DNA of 64,000 nt from the NCBI GenBank assembly GCA_043228905.1, contig JBHGNT010000017.1, forward strand, positions 4,588,001 through 4,652,000, read 5' to 3'. Source of the DNA: Azolla caroliniana. Its lineage: Eukaryota; Plantae; Polypodiophyta. Shown piece after piece: positions 25,847-38,885 of this stretch. How positions within the stretch are numbered: the stretch's first letter is position 1; each line of letters begins with the position of its first letter. Both the position numbers and the translations under genes were made by a program. The notes beneath the pieces are model-generated. The model had not been told where the DNA came from. It searched no databases and was given only the letters and a program-made list of their open reading frames with translations.

Positions 25847-26087
25847 CACTTGGATAGCATTGCATTATGGTTTGGACAAACATGTATGTGCATAATATAC
25901 ACTGTAGACTCTAGTAATACAATTGAAGAAAATGATTTGATGGTTTTTGTTCTATTTAGATTTCAGGACATGCATACACTTGGATAACATTGTGTTACTG
26001 TTTTGACATATATATACATGCGAATACACTAGTCGTATGATTGAAGCAAATGATTTGATGGGTTATTGTTCTATTTAGTTGTCAGGA
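25847..26087. repeat. ~125 bp diverged tandem duplication following a (CA)n run
   Basis: CACTTGGATA.CATTG..ATTGAAG.AAATGATTTGATGG..TTGTTCTATTTAG..TCAGGA occurs twice. Confidence 0.75.
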
Positions 26088-26559
26088 TTTTGATTATGTT
26101 TATTCTCTATTGGGACCAGACCATAAAACCTCGTGCTAATATCATAGGTCTATGATTGTGCAAATTATTTTCATGTGTAAACTGTTCTCCTTAAATACTA
26201 AGCACTTTCATGCTGAATGTTTTGATATGAGAAACTTGTCTGCAAATTTATTGATTGGATTAATTCACAAGGTTTTAATCTAAGCTTAGAATTGGGTTAT
26301 AGGACTAGAGTGGCATGAATGGCCATTTGTTTTTGTTTTGTCATGTGGCCAAGTTTTTTGGCAGATTTAGGTAGGGTATTCCATCTTGCAATTGTTTTTT
26401 TGCTGCAAATCTCAACGATTAACTAAATCAAGATATCAAGTTGGAGTTGGATATTTGAAGAATTGTCGTGGATTTTGAAAAAAAATTGCTGTCAAAACCA
26501 TATCAGGTGTTGCATAGGACACTTGAAACCATGTAATGACTTAAGAAACTAATAATTGA

Positions 26560-29060
26560 ATTATACTCATAATTAAAAGGATCTCCATTGTTTGCATTCC
26601 AACTTTCTTTGGACAAAGTCAATATGGCTCGTCAATGCCTACCAGTTCATGCAGAGTTAATTAATATGATGGAAGGATATTGGCTTTAGTACTAGGAATC
26701 ATAGTGGGTTACCAATTGTATATCCTAATGGCTAGTTCTAACGGACATCAAGATTGTGGCAAAGGTCACATATTCAATCTAACTCACGTAATCAACTCTT
26801 AAAACCCAAGTTTGATAATAAAAGCTAGGACATTAGTGGTTAACCAATGACCTTATGTAGAAAATACTTTTGCAGTCTTAAGTGATTATTTTCAGGATGT
26901 GCTAGAGTCATTTGCGTAATGAGAACATGATCAAGTTACCATGAGGCCCAATTGGTAAATTATGAAGATAATTGCACAAAATGTAAGGGGATCTTGTTGT
27001 CCCTCGAGGATGTATGCTATGCGGAGAACTATTTCCACTTGTCAATGGGATGTACATTGTATGGTATAGTGGAGCATACTCATCATGTTAAGGCTAGGTG
27101 TTCCTTTTAGCATAAGGGATACCATGTACATTATGTCAAAGTTAATGGAGTACATTACTTTGGTGTGGTTTTAACTTCCTATTGTGAGATATAGGTTGAG
27201 ATTTGTGATGGTTTAAAATGATGTGCATGGAAGAATCCGATTGGTCAAGGTCAACATGAGGAGAAAGGACATCACCCATCGGCATTTATACACTAATTAA
27301 TGGCATTCAATGCGTTGAGCTTTCATGATCCGTATACCAAATTCTTCGTCTTGGGTGATTAATATTTTTGCTAGGTGATTAAAGATTTTAATTTGTGCAC
27401 TAATATGAAGCACAAAGAGAGGTTTGGGATTATTTGCAGTACAAGATGGAAAGTATGATTCATTTAGTTAGATTAATGGAACAAATCATCATTACACCTT
27501 TCAATCTACACAACATAGATCAATATGAAGTTAGTTGGATCATATGTGCAATCCATGATGAGGCATTCTGCCTATAAGTGGTGATGATGTAAATGTGGAA
27601 GATATGCAACATTTCATAATTTTTTGCTTGTTTTGGAATGTACTTATCAATTGTGGATGATTTTTCACCTTGACTTAGAAAGCATTCCCTTGGTTTACCT
27701 CTTCCATTTGTGGTCATGATCATTTTCTCCAAGCTATGAAACAATTGGTAAGAGGGTTTGCAATTCAAGTCAAAGTTCATGGTGGCCATGCATGAGATAT
27801 TTGTCTCTCTAATATGCAATAGTTTACTTGTCAATACAAGGTTTTCCATGCATTGAAATTTGATATATACAAAGAAAACATGACACTCTCATCCAATAAT
27901 TATAGCCATATGTAGTACATTTTTTATGTTCCTCTAGATATATCATGTATTACTCCCTATGTAAGTAAGCTCAACAACACCTTGGTGTGTAACTCCTCTA
28001 GGGTTTGTTGATAATTTGATTTCTGATGGACAACTCTTTTAGGTCAATAATTCTTGCTTAGATGAGACAAGCTCGATTGATGTTATTTACAACAATCAAG
28101 GAGTAGGTTGCCTAGTGAGTTCTGATGACCTAAGGAGAAAACATAAATGAAGATGAGGTGGAATGCATCTTTTTAATTTGTTTTTGATGATAAAGCACCT
28201 TTTGAGATGGAATTACAATTATTATTTTTTAAGGTTTTTATCGAGAAACTTAAAGTCCTCTTGGTATTGCGCTGAAGTGTGGAGTTCTAGTAAGATGCCT
28301 AAAACATGGAAATTTTATATAATCAAGCTTCTATCAAAGCTTGTCTCTCATTCTGTTTGGTATTGGAGATCAATATCGTTAATTAGTGGGTCGTATAAGA
28401 TTATTACCAAAATAATTGATATTGACTTCGAATGATGTTATCTTCTATTGTCCACCTATACAAAAGGAAATTCTTGTTAGCAAAGACATTCCTCACAATT
28501 ATTTGAATGTACAAATGGTTGTAGATTATTGTAAAGAATCAAAACAAGAAATTGTAATGACACAACTAGAGATAGTTAAGACACACAATAATGCAAGTTG
28601 GTTATCTATTGCCCAACTTATGTCGCACATGGGTTTTGATGCAATGATGTAATGCCTCACTTTTATGTCAAGATTAGGTGTAGTGTCACATATTGTGCTA
28701 AATGGTGGAGTGACTAGGGTGACACCTATGAAACGATCGATTTAATTGGGATGCCACTTGAGTTCATGATTGTTTGTCATTACTACTCACCCAAATCTTG
28801 TTTACGATGCATAATATGGAAAAAATGTGGGGAAGTTGTTGGAATTGGTCTCTCGTTAGGGACATAGTTGATAACTCATGCATTGGTGGATGGCCCATTC
28901 TCCTTCTTGAAACCTTTACATGATATTATAGCTAAAGCCTTGGAAATGTGGTATTGCATGAGGGGGGGGGTTACATTGCCACATGACTCTCTCGTGATTA
29001 TAGTATGGACAATGAGAATGGCTCTTTTCTATTGTCATGTTATTTTAAATAGTACATACA
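26560..29060 (+). mobile_element. Degenerate LINE retrotransposon (endonuclease-RT pseudogene)
   Basis: Ordered RT motif remnants: YWRSISLISGSYKIITKII (cf. NWRPISLLNxxYKII) at ~28360; QLEIVKTHNNASW..MGF (cf. KLDFxKAYDxVxW..MGF) at ~28565; LNGGVT..RSI*LGCHLSS*LFVI (cf. RGxRQGCPLSPLLF) at ~28700-28780. An FVLGD endonuclease-like trace sits at ~27345. Confidence 0.75.
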
Positions 29061-29073
29061 TACTACATTCACT

Positions 29074-29540
29074 CTCCCATGTTACAGTTATCAACAGTCG
29101 AGCCTCTTGAAACTCTTTCAACAAACAACTGTTTCGGGAGTAGTTTTCCTCGCGCTATTGAAGGGCTTCTCGAAGATGAACCGTGCATATCATGATTCGG
29201 TTCGCGCATATCATTATTCGATCCCGTGGTACTTAGCTCAACATTCACACTCCCCTGTTACAATTATCGGCACTTGAGTCCCTTGAACCTCTTTCAACGG
29301 ACAACTGTTTTGAGAGTAGTTTTCCTCGAGTTATTGAAGGGCTTCTCGAAGATGATCCGTGCATATCATTCTTCGATCCGTGGTGCTTAGCTCAACATCA
29401 CTCTCCCTTGTTACTATTATAAGCAATCGAGTCTCTTGAAACTCTTTCAATGGACAACACTTTCGAGAGTAGTTTTCCTTGTGTTATCGAAGGGCTTCTT
29501 GAAGACGATCCGTGCATATCATGATTCTCGATACATGGTA
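29074..29540. repeat. 3 x ~155-175 bp tandem repeat upstream of NPL4
   Basis: CTTGAAACTCTTTCAA..ACAAC..GAGTAGTTTTCCT..GAAGGGCTTCTCGAAGATGA.CCGTGCATATCAT recurs in units starting ~29074, 29250 and 29403. Confidence 0.9.
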
Positions 29541-29814
29541 CTTCCATAGACAGATTGTGTTCAACATTTAGCTCCATTTATAAATTATGATGCATGTCAA
29601 AAAGTTAAGCCAAATTGGAGGAAATTTACAAAGAATTTGGGGGGGAGGGGCTAGTTTTGGTATTTCAAAGAAATGAGAGGATAGTTTTGATAGTTTCTGT
29701 TTTCCTTCAATTCCTTCCTTCCTTTGGGCGAGCAGAGAACAGAGACAGAGACAGAGACAGAACACTACCTCCACACACAAACAGAACAGAACAGAACAGA
29801 AGACAGACGAGACG

Positions 29815-32800
29815 ATGCTGTTGCGCATCAGAAGCCGCGATGGGTTGGAGAGGATCAACATCGATCCCTCCTCATCTGTTGCTCAGCTACAGGAATCCAT
29901 AGCTTCCAACCTCGGAGTCCCTGTGCCTTCTCAGGTCATCTCACTCAACCAATCCTTGCTCCTTGCAAAAGACACTTCTTCTGCTTCGTCCTTCCAGGAC
30001 CTAAAAGATACATCGGCCCCTCTATCTTCTCTGGGTCTCTCCAATGGCTCTGTGCTATTCTTGTTCTATGAAGGAGAACGCCCAGTTGCTGGACCTACCG
30101 TTACACCCTCCGGTTTCTATGGGAAGAAGATGACTATCGAGGATCTGATTGCTCGTCAGATGAGAATAGAAAGGCAAGAGAACCCACATTGTTCTTCTGT
30201 CTCTTTCGATCGCGATGCGGCTAGCACTTTCCAACACTATGTAAATGAAACGTTAGCTTTTGCAATCAAAAGAGGTGGCATCATGTATGGTACCGTGGAT
30301 GAGAAGAATGATGTCTCAGTCGAATTTATATATGAACCTCCTCAACAAGGTACCGAAGATAACTTAGTGTTGTTAAGAGATCCGGACGAAGAAAAGCAAG
30401 TAGATGCCATAGCTATGGGTCTAGGTATGAGGAAAGTAGGTTTCATTTTCTCCCAGACATTGAGCCAAAACAGGAGTGATTATACTCTTTCGGGTCTTGA
30501 GATTCGGCAAGCTGCACAGCTTCATGCTGAGAATGAGTTTAATGCATGGGTTACAGGAATTGTAAAGCTCGAGGTTAATACCGATGATGGTAGTGCGGAT
30601 GTCCATTTTGAAGCTTTTCAATTGAGTGATCAATGTATAAAGTTGTGGAAGGATGGTTGGTTTGCTGATGATTTTTCTGATCTTGATCCAAAGTTATCTC
30701 GCATGAACAAGGATGTTGTTGTTCTCGGGAAGGACACTCGGGATGTGGATAATGACTTCTTCTTGGTGCTCGTGAAGATATTAGATCATCAGGTACACCT
30801 TTCTTCATATAAGAAAATGTACGCCTTAGTATGTTTTTTAGGTTTTGGACCTCATGGGATATTTTACTAAGCTAGGAAAAAAATGTTACTTTTAGAAACA
30901 GTGCTCTGACTTGTACTATTCTGGCAAGAAACAGGACGAAGTAGGAATATATCTTCTCTCTCCCTCTCTCAACTAGCAGAAGGAAACAACCTGATAAACA
31001 AATGAAGCTGAATTTGCCTAGTGGCTCACCCAGCAAACAAAAATTGTGGTTACATTATTTGATTAGTCAATAAATTAGGTATTCGTATCTAATAAAGTAA
31101 GTATACCTATGGAGATGAAGATGCATTAAGAAATATTAGTTTTTTATACTATGTCAATTGCAATGTAAATTTACTTTTACATTAAGTGACTTCTACTATG
31201 TATAATGGATGATCATGACTATCTAGAACATCTTGTAATTTAGGAATTGGTGCTAATAGAAGTTTCATAGCATTCTTTAGTGTTGCCATGGAGTAGAGAT
31301 TTTCAATCTTTAAGAGACTTGGAGATGCCTAGCACCTTGATTGGACTTTTTTAGAATTATAATGCGTGAATTTTTATGGTTGCTATTCTGGCTTGTGAAT
31401 GGGGTCCATCCACTCTAGCAGGTTATGTCATCTAAGCGATCGCTATCAGACCTAGAACCCGGGTCCAACAGGCATGTTTGGAGTGATGACACAGTTAAAA
31501 TTCGAAGTGGATTTGTGTGACCGCAATGGATACATTTATTGTTGACATTTATGTCAAGGGTGTCTACATAAATAGTAATGAGGTGTGTGAAAGGCAGCAT
31601 AATTTGACCCTTCATGTTAGCCTCATACATACAAAAATAATAATGTGTGTGAAAGGCCAAGCTATTTGTGGTAGTCCTTAGTGTGTGGAAGTTGATTTGG
31701 GGGCTCAATGGAAAATTTTCTAGGGAAAGAAGGGGCTGCCAGCTTCCATTGTTATTTCCTTCTGAATCATTAGGGTTTTTTTACCTCCCTTCTAAATCAG
31801 AAATTAGGGTTTCTGATATATCATGGGAATCTTTATGATTTGTGCTAGTATGGTTTTGAACAGCTGGGGCAACTCACCTGGGATGCTCCTGCGGGTTCCT
31901 GATACTTGTTTTGTGCTGGCTGAAATGCTCTTTTCATGAAGTATTTTGCTCTTTTCATGAAATGCTCCTGCTGGTTCCTGATCCAAGTTTTGATACAAGC
32001 TGCACTCTTACACCTTTATAATATATATTTGTTTCAGTTTGAAATTCAAATATCAATTTGACATACTGTGTATCAGTTCTTGAATCACATTTTCTTAGAA
32101 GCAGTTGGCAACTAATAAAGACATGACCCAAAATAAGTGTGCCTTGCTATGGGCATTATACATAGTAGGGCAGTGAGCATGTATGGGCTTTTCAGGCTAT
32201 ATCCGGATACAGACCTAGAACACGCCCTCTGGAAGTGGAACTAAGTGTCCGGAATATGCAATGTGCCAAGGTAAGAGTGTCTGGAACAGGATAGTCATCA
32301 TCACGTACAAAGAGTGTCTTTGGTCCATGCACAAATGCCTCTTCTTTCCTTAGGTGTTCTTATTAATTTGTGAAGTCCATTAGAGGCTTTCACCTTGCAC
32401 CCATCAAATTAAGTATGGTGCAATTGGTGCTCAATTAATGTGATCACTGATCATACACGTTTATGTTGCAAACTTTATCAGTCATCCAGTTGTAGATATG
32501 ATTTGGTTTGGCTCAAGCATGAAGTAATACTTGAATAGTGTTCTTGTTTTCGATTATCTGGTCGCCAAGAAATAATTGATGTTCTTCTTTCCTTAGGTGT
32601 TCTTATTAATTTGTGAAGTCCATTAGAGGCTTTCACCTTGCACCCATCAAATTAAGTATGGTGCAATTGGTGCTCAATTAATGTGATCACTGATCATACA
32701 CGTTTATGTTGCAAACTTTATCAGTCATCCAGTTGTAGATATGATTTGGTTTGGCTCAAGCATGAAGTAATACTTGAATAGTGTTCTTGTTTTCGATTAT

Positions 32801-33097
32801 CTGGTCGCCAAGAAATAATTGATGTGGCCATAATGTTTGCAGGGAAGCTTATCATGCTCATTCCCGGTGGAGAATCGGCTCATTTTACCGACATTGCGAG
32901 ATCTCAAGGTGCACTTGGATCGGACAAAGAGCCTGGAATTAGTGAAACGTATCTCAGATTTCCATTTGCTTTTGCTCCTTGCTAAATTTCTCGATGTTAA
33001 CCAGGAGCTTCCTCACTTGGCTGAGGCAGTTCGGATCCAAGACCCAATCCCTGAAGGTTATTGGATCATTATTGATTCACTTGCAAATAGCTCATGA
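29815..33097 (+). CDS. NPL4: NPL4-like protein (CDC48/p97 cofactor)
   Basis: Exon 1 is 29815-30792 (MLLRIRSRDGLER ubiquitin-like N-terminus; KRGGIMYG..FIYEPPQQG; FEAFQLSDQC; DNDFFLV). Exon 2 is 32843-33097 (FPVENR, SDFHLLL). Phase-0 GT-AG intron. Confidence 0.95.
32341..32825. repeat. Near-perfect 243 bp tandem duplication in NPL4 intron
   Basis: CTTCTTTCCTTAGGTGTTC..AAGAAATAATTGATGT starts at 32341 and again at 32584. Confidence 0.95.
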
Positions 33098-33344
33098 AGT
33101 TTTAATATGATCGTAGGGAGAAACTGCAAGTCTAATTTCCATTTAGTTGAACTGTGCTCAGAAACGGGAAAGGATATTTTTGCTACCATACTCTTTTTAA
33201 CTGTTGCTATAAGGTTATTCCATATTTATAATGACAAGGCTTATATGATAACATAGAGCTCACATAAGTTATGCTATACAAAGATGTTGAAACTCTGTCA
33301 AATAAAAAGAATGTCGGTGTTAGAGCTCTAGCAAGGAGGAACCC

Positions 33345-33598
33345 CATGTTTGCATTTGATTGATCACCCATTGTAAAGACCATTTTATTTGAAAGTATTA
33401 ATGCTATTATGATCCTAATGAGCATGTACTGACATCTTATTTGACAAGATTATGTAACTCGAATATTGTAAGGAAATTCGATTATGGTAAGGAGGTGTTT
33501 GCATTTGATTGATCACCCAGTGCCCTAATGAGCATGTACTGACATCTTATTTGACAAGATTATGTATAACTTGAATATGGTACGGAAATTCGATATTA
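33345..33598. repeat. Partial tandem duplication downstream of NPL4
   Basis: GTTTGCATTTGATTGATCACCCA and CCTAATGAGCATGTACTGACATCTTATTTGACAAGATTATGTA each occur twice. Confidence 0.8.
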
Positions 33599-34812
33599 GC
33601 CAACATTTCTTGTCAAAGTTTATGTTGATTGCTCGTCGGATGATAATGATAACTCTTGAAAGAGATCTTCATTCTGCTCTGTATTTCAACTTGAGGGCTA
33701 AGGCAAGGGATTGGGTTTGTACGTCCAATATATACGTCTTTTACTCTTGTTCTTTTGCTTTACAAATGCTTTAACGAGACCTTCATTGTTATCGTCTTGG
33801 GTTTCAACTTCAAACCAAAACTGAGACATCAAACTTGGATGTTCAATGAGGTGTCCTATTATTACCCTATTGTGTAATCATGTGGGTGAGCTACCATAAT
33901 TGATTAAATATATGTAAACTCTAGATGTTAGGGCCTCAAAAGAGAAAACCTTTTAATTCAGGGCAAATTTTTATTGGAATTTGAACTATTTTTATCATTC
34001 TGCATCTTGATTTGTCCCAAGTAGAATACATGAAGAAAATATTTGAGGTAAGAGTAGGTGCTATGAAAATATGCAACTCAGTGTCACTACCTACTCTACA
34101 TGCATTACACCGCAACATGGCCCCTTGTTGGCCAAGCGGAGAAATTAGGAAAACTAGGTTGACATCTCATATATATGTTATGTCATTGGCAATAGCAAGA
34201 TGCTTTACAAACTTTCTTTCCACTGAGAGGAGTCCCATATATTACACTGGCTCATTTGACCTCAAATTTCTGTGGACCGTATCCAAACTATATAAATTTG
34301 CAATTTCACCACATTGTGTCTACGATTTTGTTGGCAATACACCAATCTTTAACTTATTTGCTTGAGCATGTAGCTAAGGTCACTCTAATCCATTCTTTTA
34401 TGAAGGGAGGCCACTAGGTAGTAAACGAGTTCATTTTGGATTGGGGATAGTGAAGCTATTGAATCTATTCTAACAACATTTCCATTAATCAAGAGTAATC
34501 GCCCAACACACAACCAACTCCTTCGCGAAACCTTCGTTGATGGGTCTAATCATATATCACATATAGACAGTGGGCACAAAAAATTTGAATGGGAGCACGT
34601 CTGCGGAATTTGTCTACGAGTAATACATGGATTTGGGACCTTATGGATGGTGGTCATTCATTCTACTTGTGTATCTTTGTGCCTCGGACAATAGGCCATG
34701 TTGAAATGCAAATGCTGCCATGCCAAGGATATGTATGAGGTATGTATGTACGTCATGTATATGCATGGACATTCATTTATTTACCTATTTAGTCTACTTA
34801 ATATGTACATAT

Positions 34813-35267
34813 AACAATCAGGAACCGCGAAACCCCAGTGTAACGGCTTAATGGTTTCAATAGTAAAAAACCGCGATTTAAACGGTTTAACGGTTTTTTA
34901 TTTTTATTTTTAAAAAAATTTAAAAATTTAAAAATTTAAAACAAATTCTAAAAAAATTTAAAAATTGTTTTTAAACAATCTTTTCATTTTTAGACCTTAT
35001 TCTCACATTTTAGGAACATCTTAGAAATTTTTAATTTAAAAAAATATGAAATATTATAAATTTTAAAAAATAAAAAATAAAAAATTTGACCTATGTTAAA
35101 AACCGAAATCGAACCACGAAACCGCGGTTTTTACGGTTTAACGGTTTGGAAAAGTTTACAGGTTTGGGTTAACGGTTTCGTGGTTCGGTTCGGTTCAAGT
35201 TTAAACAAATTTAAAACGGTTCGGTTTGGACCATCTCAAACCGAACCGAACCGTTGCCGATTGTACA
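34813..35267. mobile_element. hAT-like MITE (AACCG/CGGTT-rich) in RanGAP upstream region
   Basis: Imperfect termini ACAATCAGGAAC / GTTGCCGATTGT. Subterminal AACCG/CGGTT clusters surround an A/T core. An 8-bp direct repeat GTACATAT sits at 34805-34812 and 35268-35275. Confidence 0.6.
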
Positions 35268-35584
35268 GTACATATACATATGTCATGTATGTATGCATGT
35301 AAATGTAAATGTAAATGTATGTATGTATGTACGTATGTATATATGTATCATGTATGTATATGTGTGGACATTCATTTATTTACCTATTTATTCTACTTAA
35401 TAAATAAATAAATAAATGATTTATTTATCTATTTATGCAGAATATACATACATTCCCTCCCGCATCAGATCAGAGACTTCTTCGTCTTCTTCTTCTTCTT
35501 CTTCTTCTTCTTCGTCTTGAGCCACTGCGAACCATCGATCGATCGATCGACAGACAGACAGACAGACACAGGAACAGCAGAGAA

Positions 35585-35615
<31 letters not shown>

Positions 35616-35617
35616 CT

Positions 35618-35672
35618 ATGGCGAGCTCAGCGCCCGCCTTTTCACGACCTTCCTCTGTTGATCTCCCCTCTT

Positions 35673-35719
<47 letters not shown>

Positions 35720-37378
35720 TCTCCTTCTCCTTCTCCCTTCATTCCCACCTCTTCCTCCTCTTCCTCTCCTCGCGACACCTTCCCTTCCATCCGCCTGTGG
35801 CCACCAAACCCTACCACTCGATCTACCCTCGTGCACAAGCTCTCCGACCACCTCTCCTCCGTCACTTTCTTCTCCGAACGCTATGGCCAGATTGGCGCGG
35901 ATGAAGCCTCCCTTCATGCCCAGCGCATCGAGCAAGAGGCTTTCCTGGCTGCTTCTCAGAACGCTGACCTTGTTGAAACCTCGGACATCGCTGTGGTTCA
36001 GTTCTATGCCAAAGAAGCCAGCCGACTTATGCTTGAATGCTTAAAGAAAGGCCCAACTTCTGCTGAAGGACCTCAAGAAACGCAGAAGATCGAGACGTTC
36101 TTTGACATCTCTGCTGGAGACAGAGATTTCCTCACGGAAGCTTCAGTTCAAGAGCTTCTGAAACCTCTTGCTGCTCCTGGAAATGCTTATTCCGGTATCT
36201 GTTTCAGCAACAGAAGCTTCGGTGAGGATGCTGCCAAGGTTGCTGCTAAGGTCTTGGAGACGATAAAATCACAACTTATCCATGTCAATCTCGCTGATAT
36301 AGTTGCTGGTAGGAATGAAGAAGAAGCACTCGCTGTAATGTCTATCTTTTCTTCTGCTCTGAGCGGTAGTAACTTGAAATACTTGAATCTTTCTCACAAC
36401 GCCCTCGGAGAGAAGGGAATTAGGGCCTTCTCTGAACTTCTTACATCTCAAAAGTCCTTGGAAGAGCTTTACTTCATGAATAATGGTATATCTGAGGAGG
36501 CTGCCATAGCTATACGAGATCTCCTCCCATCGTCTGCAAATCTGAGAGTTTTGCATTTCCACAACAACATGACTGGTGATGATGGAGCCATAGCTCTGGC
36601 TAATCTTGTGAAGGAAGCTGCTCTACTAGAAGATTTCAGGTGCTCTTCTACCAGAATTGCAAGTGAAGGAGGAATTGCGTTATCGCAAGCTTTAATGGCT
36701 GGATCTGGTTTGAAAAAGCTTGATTTGCGTGATAACCCCTTCTGTGTAGAAGGAGCTATTGCCTTAGCCAAGACTTTGAAGCAACATTGTCATCTGAAGG
36801 AATTATATTTGAGCTATCTCGGTCTTGAGGATGAAGGAACAATAGCAATTCTTGAAGCCTTGGAAGAAAGTGGCTCTGATCTTGAAGTTCTTGACCTTGC
36901 AGGAAATGACATTACTGTGTCTTCTGTGCCCAAGCTCGCCAGTTTCATTGCATCGAAACCAAAACTTATCAAGTTGAATCTCTCTGAGAATGAACTTGAA
37001 GACAGAGGTGTTGTTACAATCTGTAATGTGCTTGGAAAAGGTCATGAAGACTTGGTTGAGCTTGATCTGAGTGAAACTAACATTGGAAGGATTGGAGCAT
37101 GTGCTGCTGCTGAAGCTATATCTCTGAAATCTGGATTCAAATTATTGAATCTTAATGGAAATCATATCTCTGAAGCTGGTATAGAAGCTCTGAAGGATTT
37201 GTTGCAAAAGGGGAGACATGGTGGTACTTCCGTTCTGGGAACATTAGAGGAAAATGATGAGAATGAAGTGGCTGATGGTGAAGAAGAAGAAGATGATGAT
37301 GATGATGATGATGGAAAAGAAGCTGAAAATGGTGATAGTGATGAATTACAAGCTCAGTTTCGGAAGGTTAAGGTATAG
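35618..37378 (+). CDS. RANGAP: Ran GTPase-activating protein (WPP domain + LRR + acidic tail), 586 aa, intronless CDS
   Basis: WPP motif SIRLWPPNPTTR, ICFSNRSFG, DIVAGR (catalytic-region motif), LHFHNNMTGDDGA, ribonuclease-inhibitor-like LRRs and a D/E-rich C-terminus. Start context is GCTATGGC. Confidence 0.96.
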
Positions 37379-38530
37379 CCTTAATCATTATTTTGAGAGA
37401 TACTTCCGTTTTATGGTTGTGCTCATCATAATTCGCTTGTTAAGCCTTTGCACAAGGTTTAAGTTTTGACCTAAACCCAATTTACATATATGAAACAAAA
37501 CCTATTGTGATTGAAGACAGGATGATTCGAAATTTCATGTGGCATGTATTAATCCTTCTAAGAGTAAGGCAGTCTTTTGAGGATTTTTGTAGGAGTAATG
37601 ATCCATTTTGTACGTTAAAAATGAAAAATGTCTGGTCAGATTTCAGATTAATGTCATGTGTAAGAAAGAGTTAACTGAGTTCTAATGCAACTCTTTAACG
37701 AGTTAGGTTGTTATGAATCTGAAGCTTGAGAAATTAAATTCAAATAGAATGAATCTGATGCTATTGAATTCAAAATAGAATTTGAGTTACTTTTTAGTAA
37801 CTATGGTTATGGCAAAGACTATGTGATAACTTGTTGATCTTGATATCAATGGTCATATTATGATGTTTGGATGTTAAAAAGATCATGTCACAATCAGGCC
37901 CAATGTCACAGCATTTTCTTAATCTATGTACATGAAATTGGTCAATGTAATTACAATGCTGTATATGTCATCTTGCTTGTTTTATGCACTAGAAAATATT
38001 TGGTTCCTTAATGAAAGCTTGTATTAGTGTGATTTAACTTGGAAGTTGATGAACTTCCGAAAAATCTTGATATGAATGTATTATAATTTTAAACACAAAA
38101 TTGAGCATTTTTGGTTGAATTCTTAACAAACGGTTGTTGAAACTGTTTTGGTTATCATTACTTTGTGTATTGTATTTACTTCATTTGTGCATCTAATACA
38201 GCATTGCTAGCTTGATTAATTAACATTCAAGGTGTTGTTCAATTTGATTATTAAACATATGTATTGGGCATTATGCTGAATTGTCAAACAAGGGCATTAC
38301 TGAAGGTGAAACTCTAAAAATCATATGGTGACAAAAAAGTAATAGCAAATTTATAAATGCAAGTAAACAGGTGTGATTCATGATGAGCACAATATGAACC
38401 AAATGCTTTGTAATAAAGTTTAACATGAGAAAATATGGTCAACTGTAGCTATGAGTAAAGCAACTCGCTTAGGAAGAACAAACAAGATGAAACAATGTCA
38501 AATACAGTGTAAGGAAGACATGCAAACCAG

Positions 38531-38693
38531 CTTATTATGCACAGTATATAACTTACGTACGCAAAAGAGATGTTGCAATATGGTGTTTATGCCTCCCTAA
38601 GGATATCCCTACTTATTATGCACAGTATATAACTTATGTACGCAAAAGAGATGTTGCAATATGGTGTTTATGCCTCCCTAAGGATATCCCTAC
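38531..38693. repeat. 2 x ~81 bp tandem duplication
   Basis: CTTATTATGCACAGTATATAACTTA.GTACGCAAAAGAGATGTTGCAATATGGTGTTTATGCCTCCCTAAGGATATCCCTAC occurs twice. Confidence 0.92.
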
Positions 38694-38769
38694 ATAGGCA
38701 CAATACTCTACTGAGTACTCTATATGTTATGAGAAGGAAGATAGATAGATAGATGTTTAACGTACACGT

Positions 38770-38885
38770 GAGACCAATAGTGATCGATAGGATGGGGCCT
38801 AGCCATTGGCGAGATTCGAACTTGGGTACTCTCAATTTTTACGACATTTGATGTTACAGTGTAAACCACCAAGTCAATGCCATAT
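38770..38885 (-). mobile_element. tRNA-derived SINE-like head
   Basis: Minus strand: A-box-like TGACTTGGTGG (38866-38876) and B-box GTTCGAATC (38813-38821), ~44 nt apart. No cloverleaf forms. Confidence 0.45.

Noticed and set aside
33926-34475. TGTTAG..CTAACA segment as a second solo LTR
   Set aside because: The flanks (CTAGA / ACATT) give no TSD, so the termini may be coincidental.
35435-35617. 61-codon in-frame extension of RanGAP with a poly-Leu signal-like stretch
   Set aside because: It is built from CTT, GATC, GACA and GA microsatellites typical of 5' UTRs. The ATG at 35618 has the better context, and TTATGCAG may be a UTR-intron acceptor.
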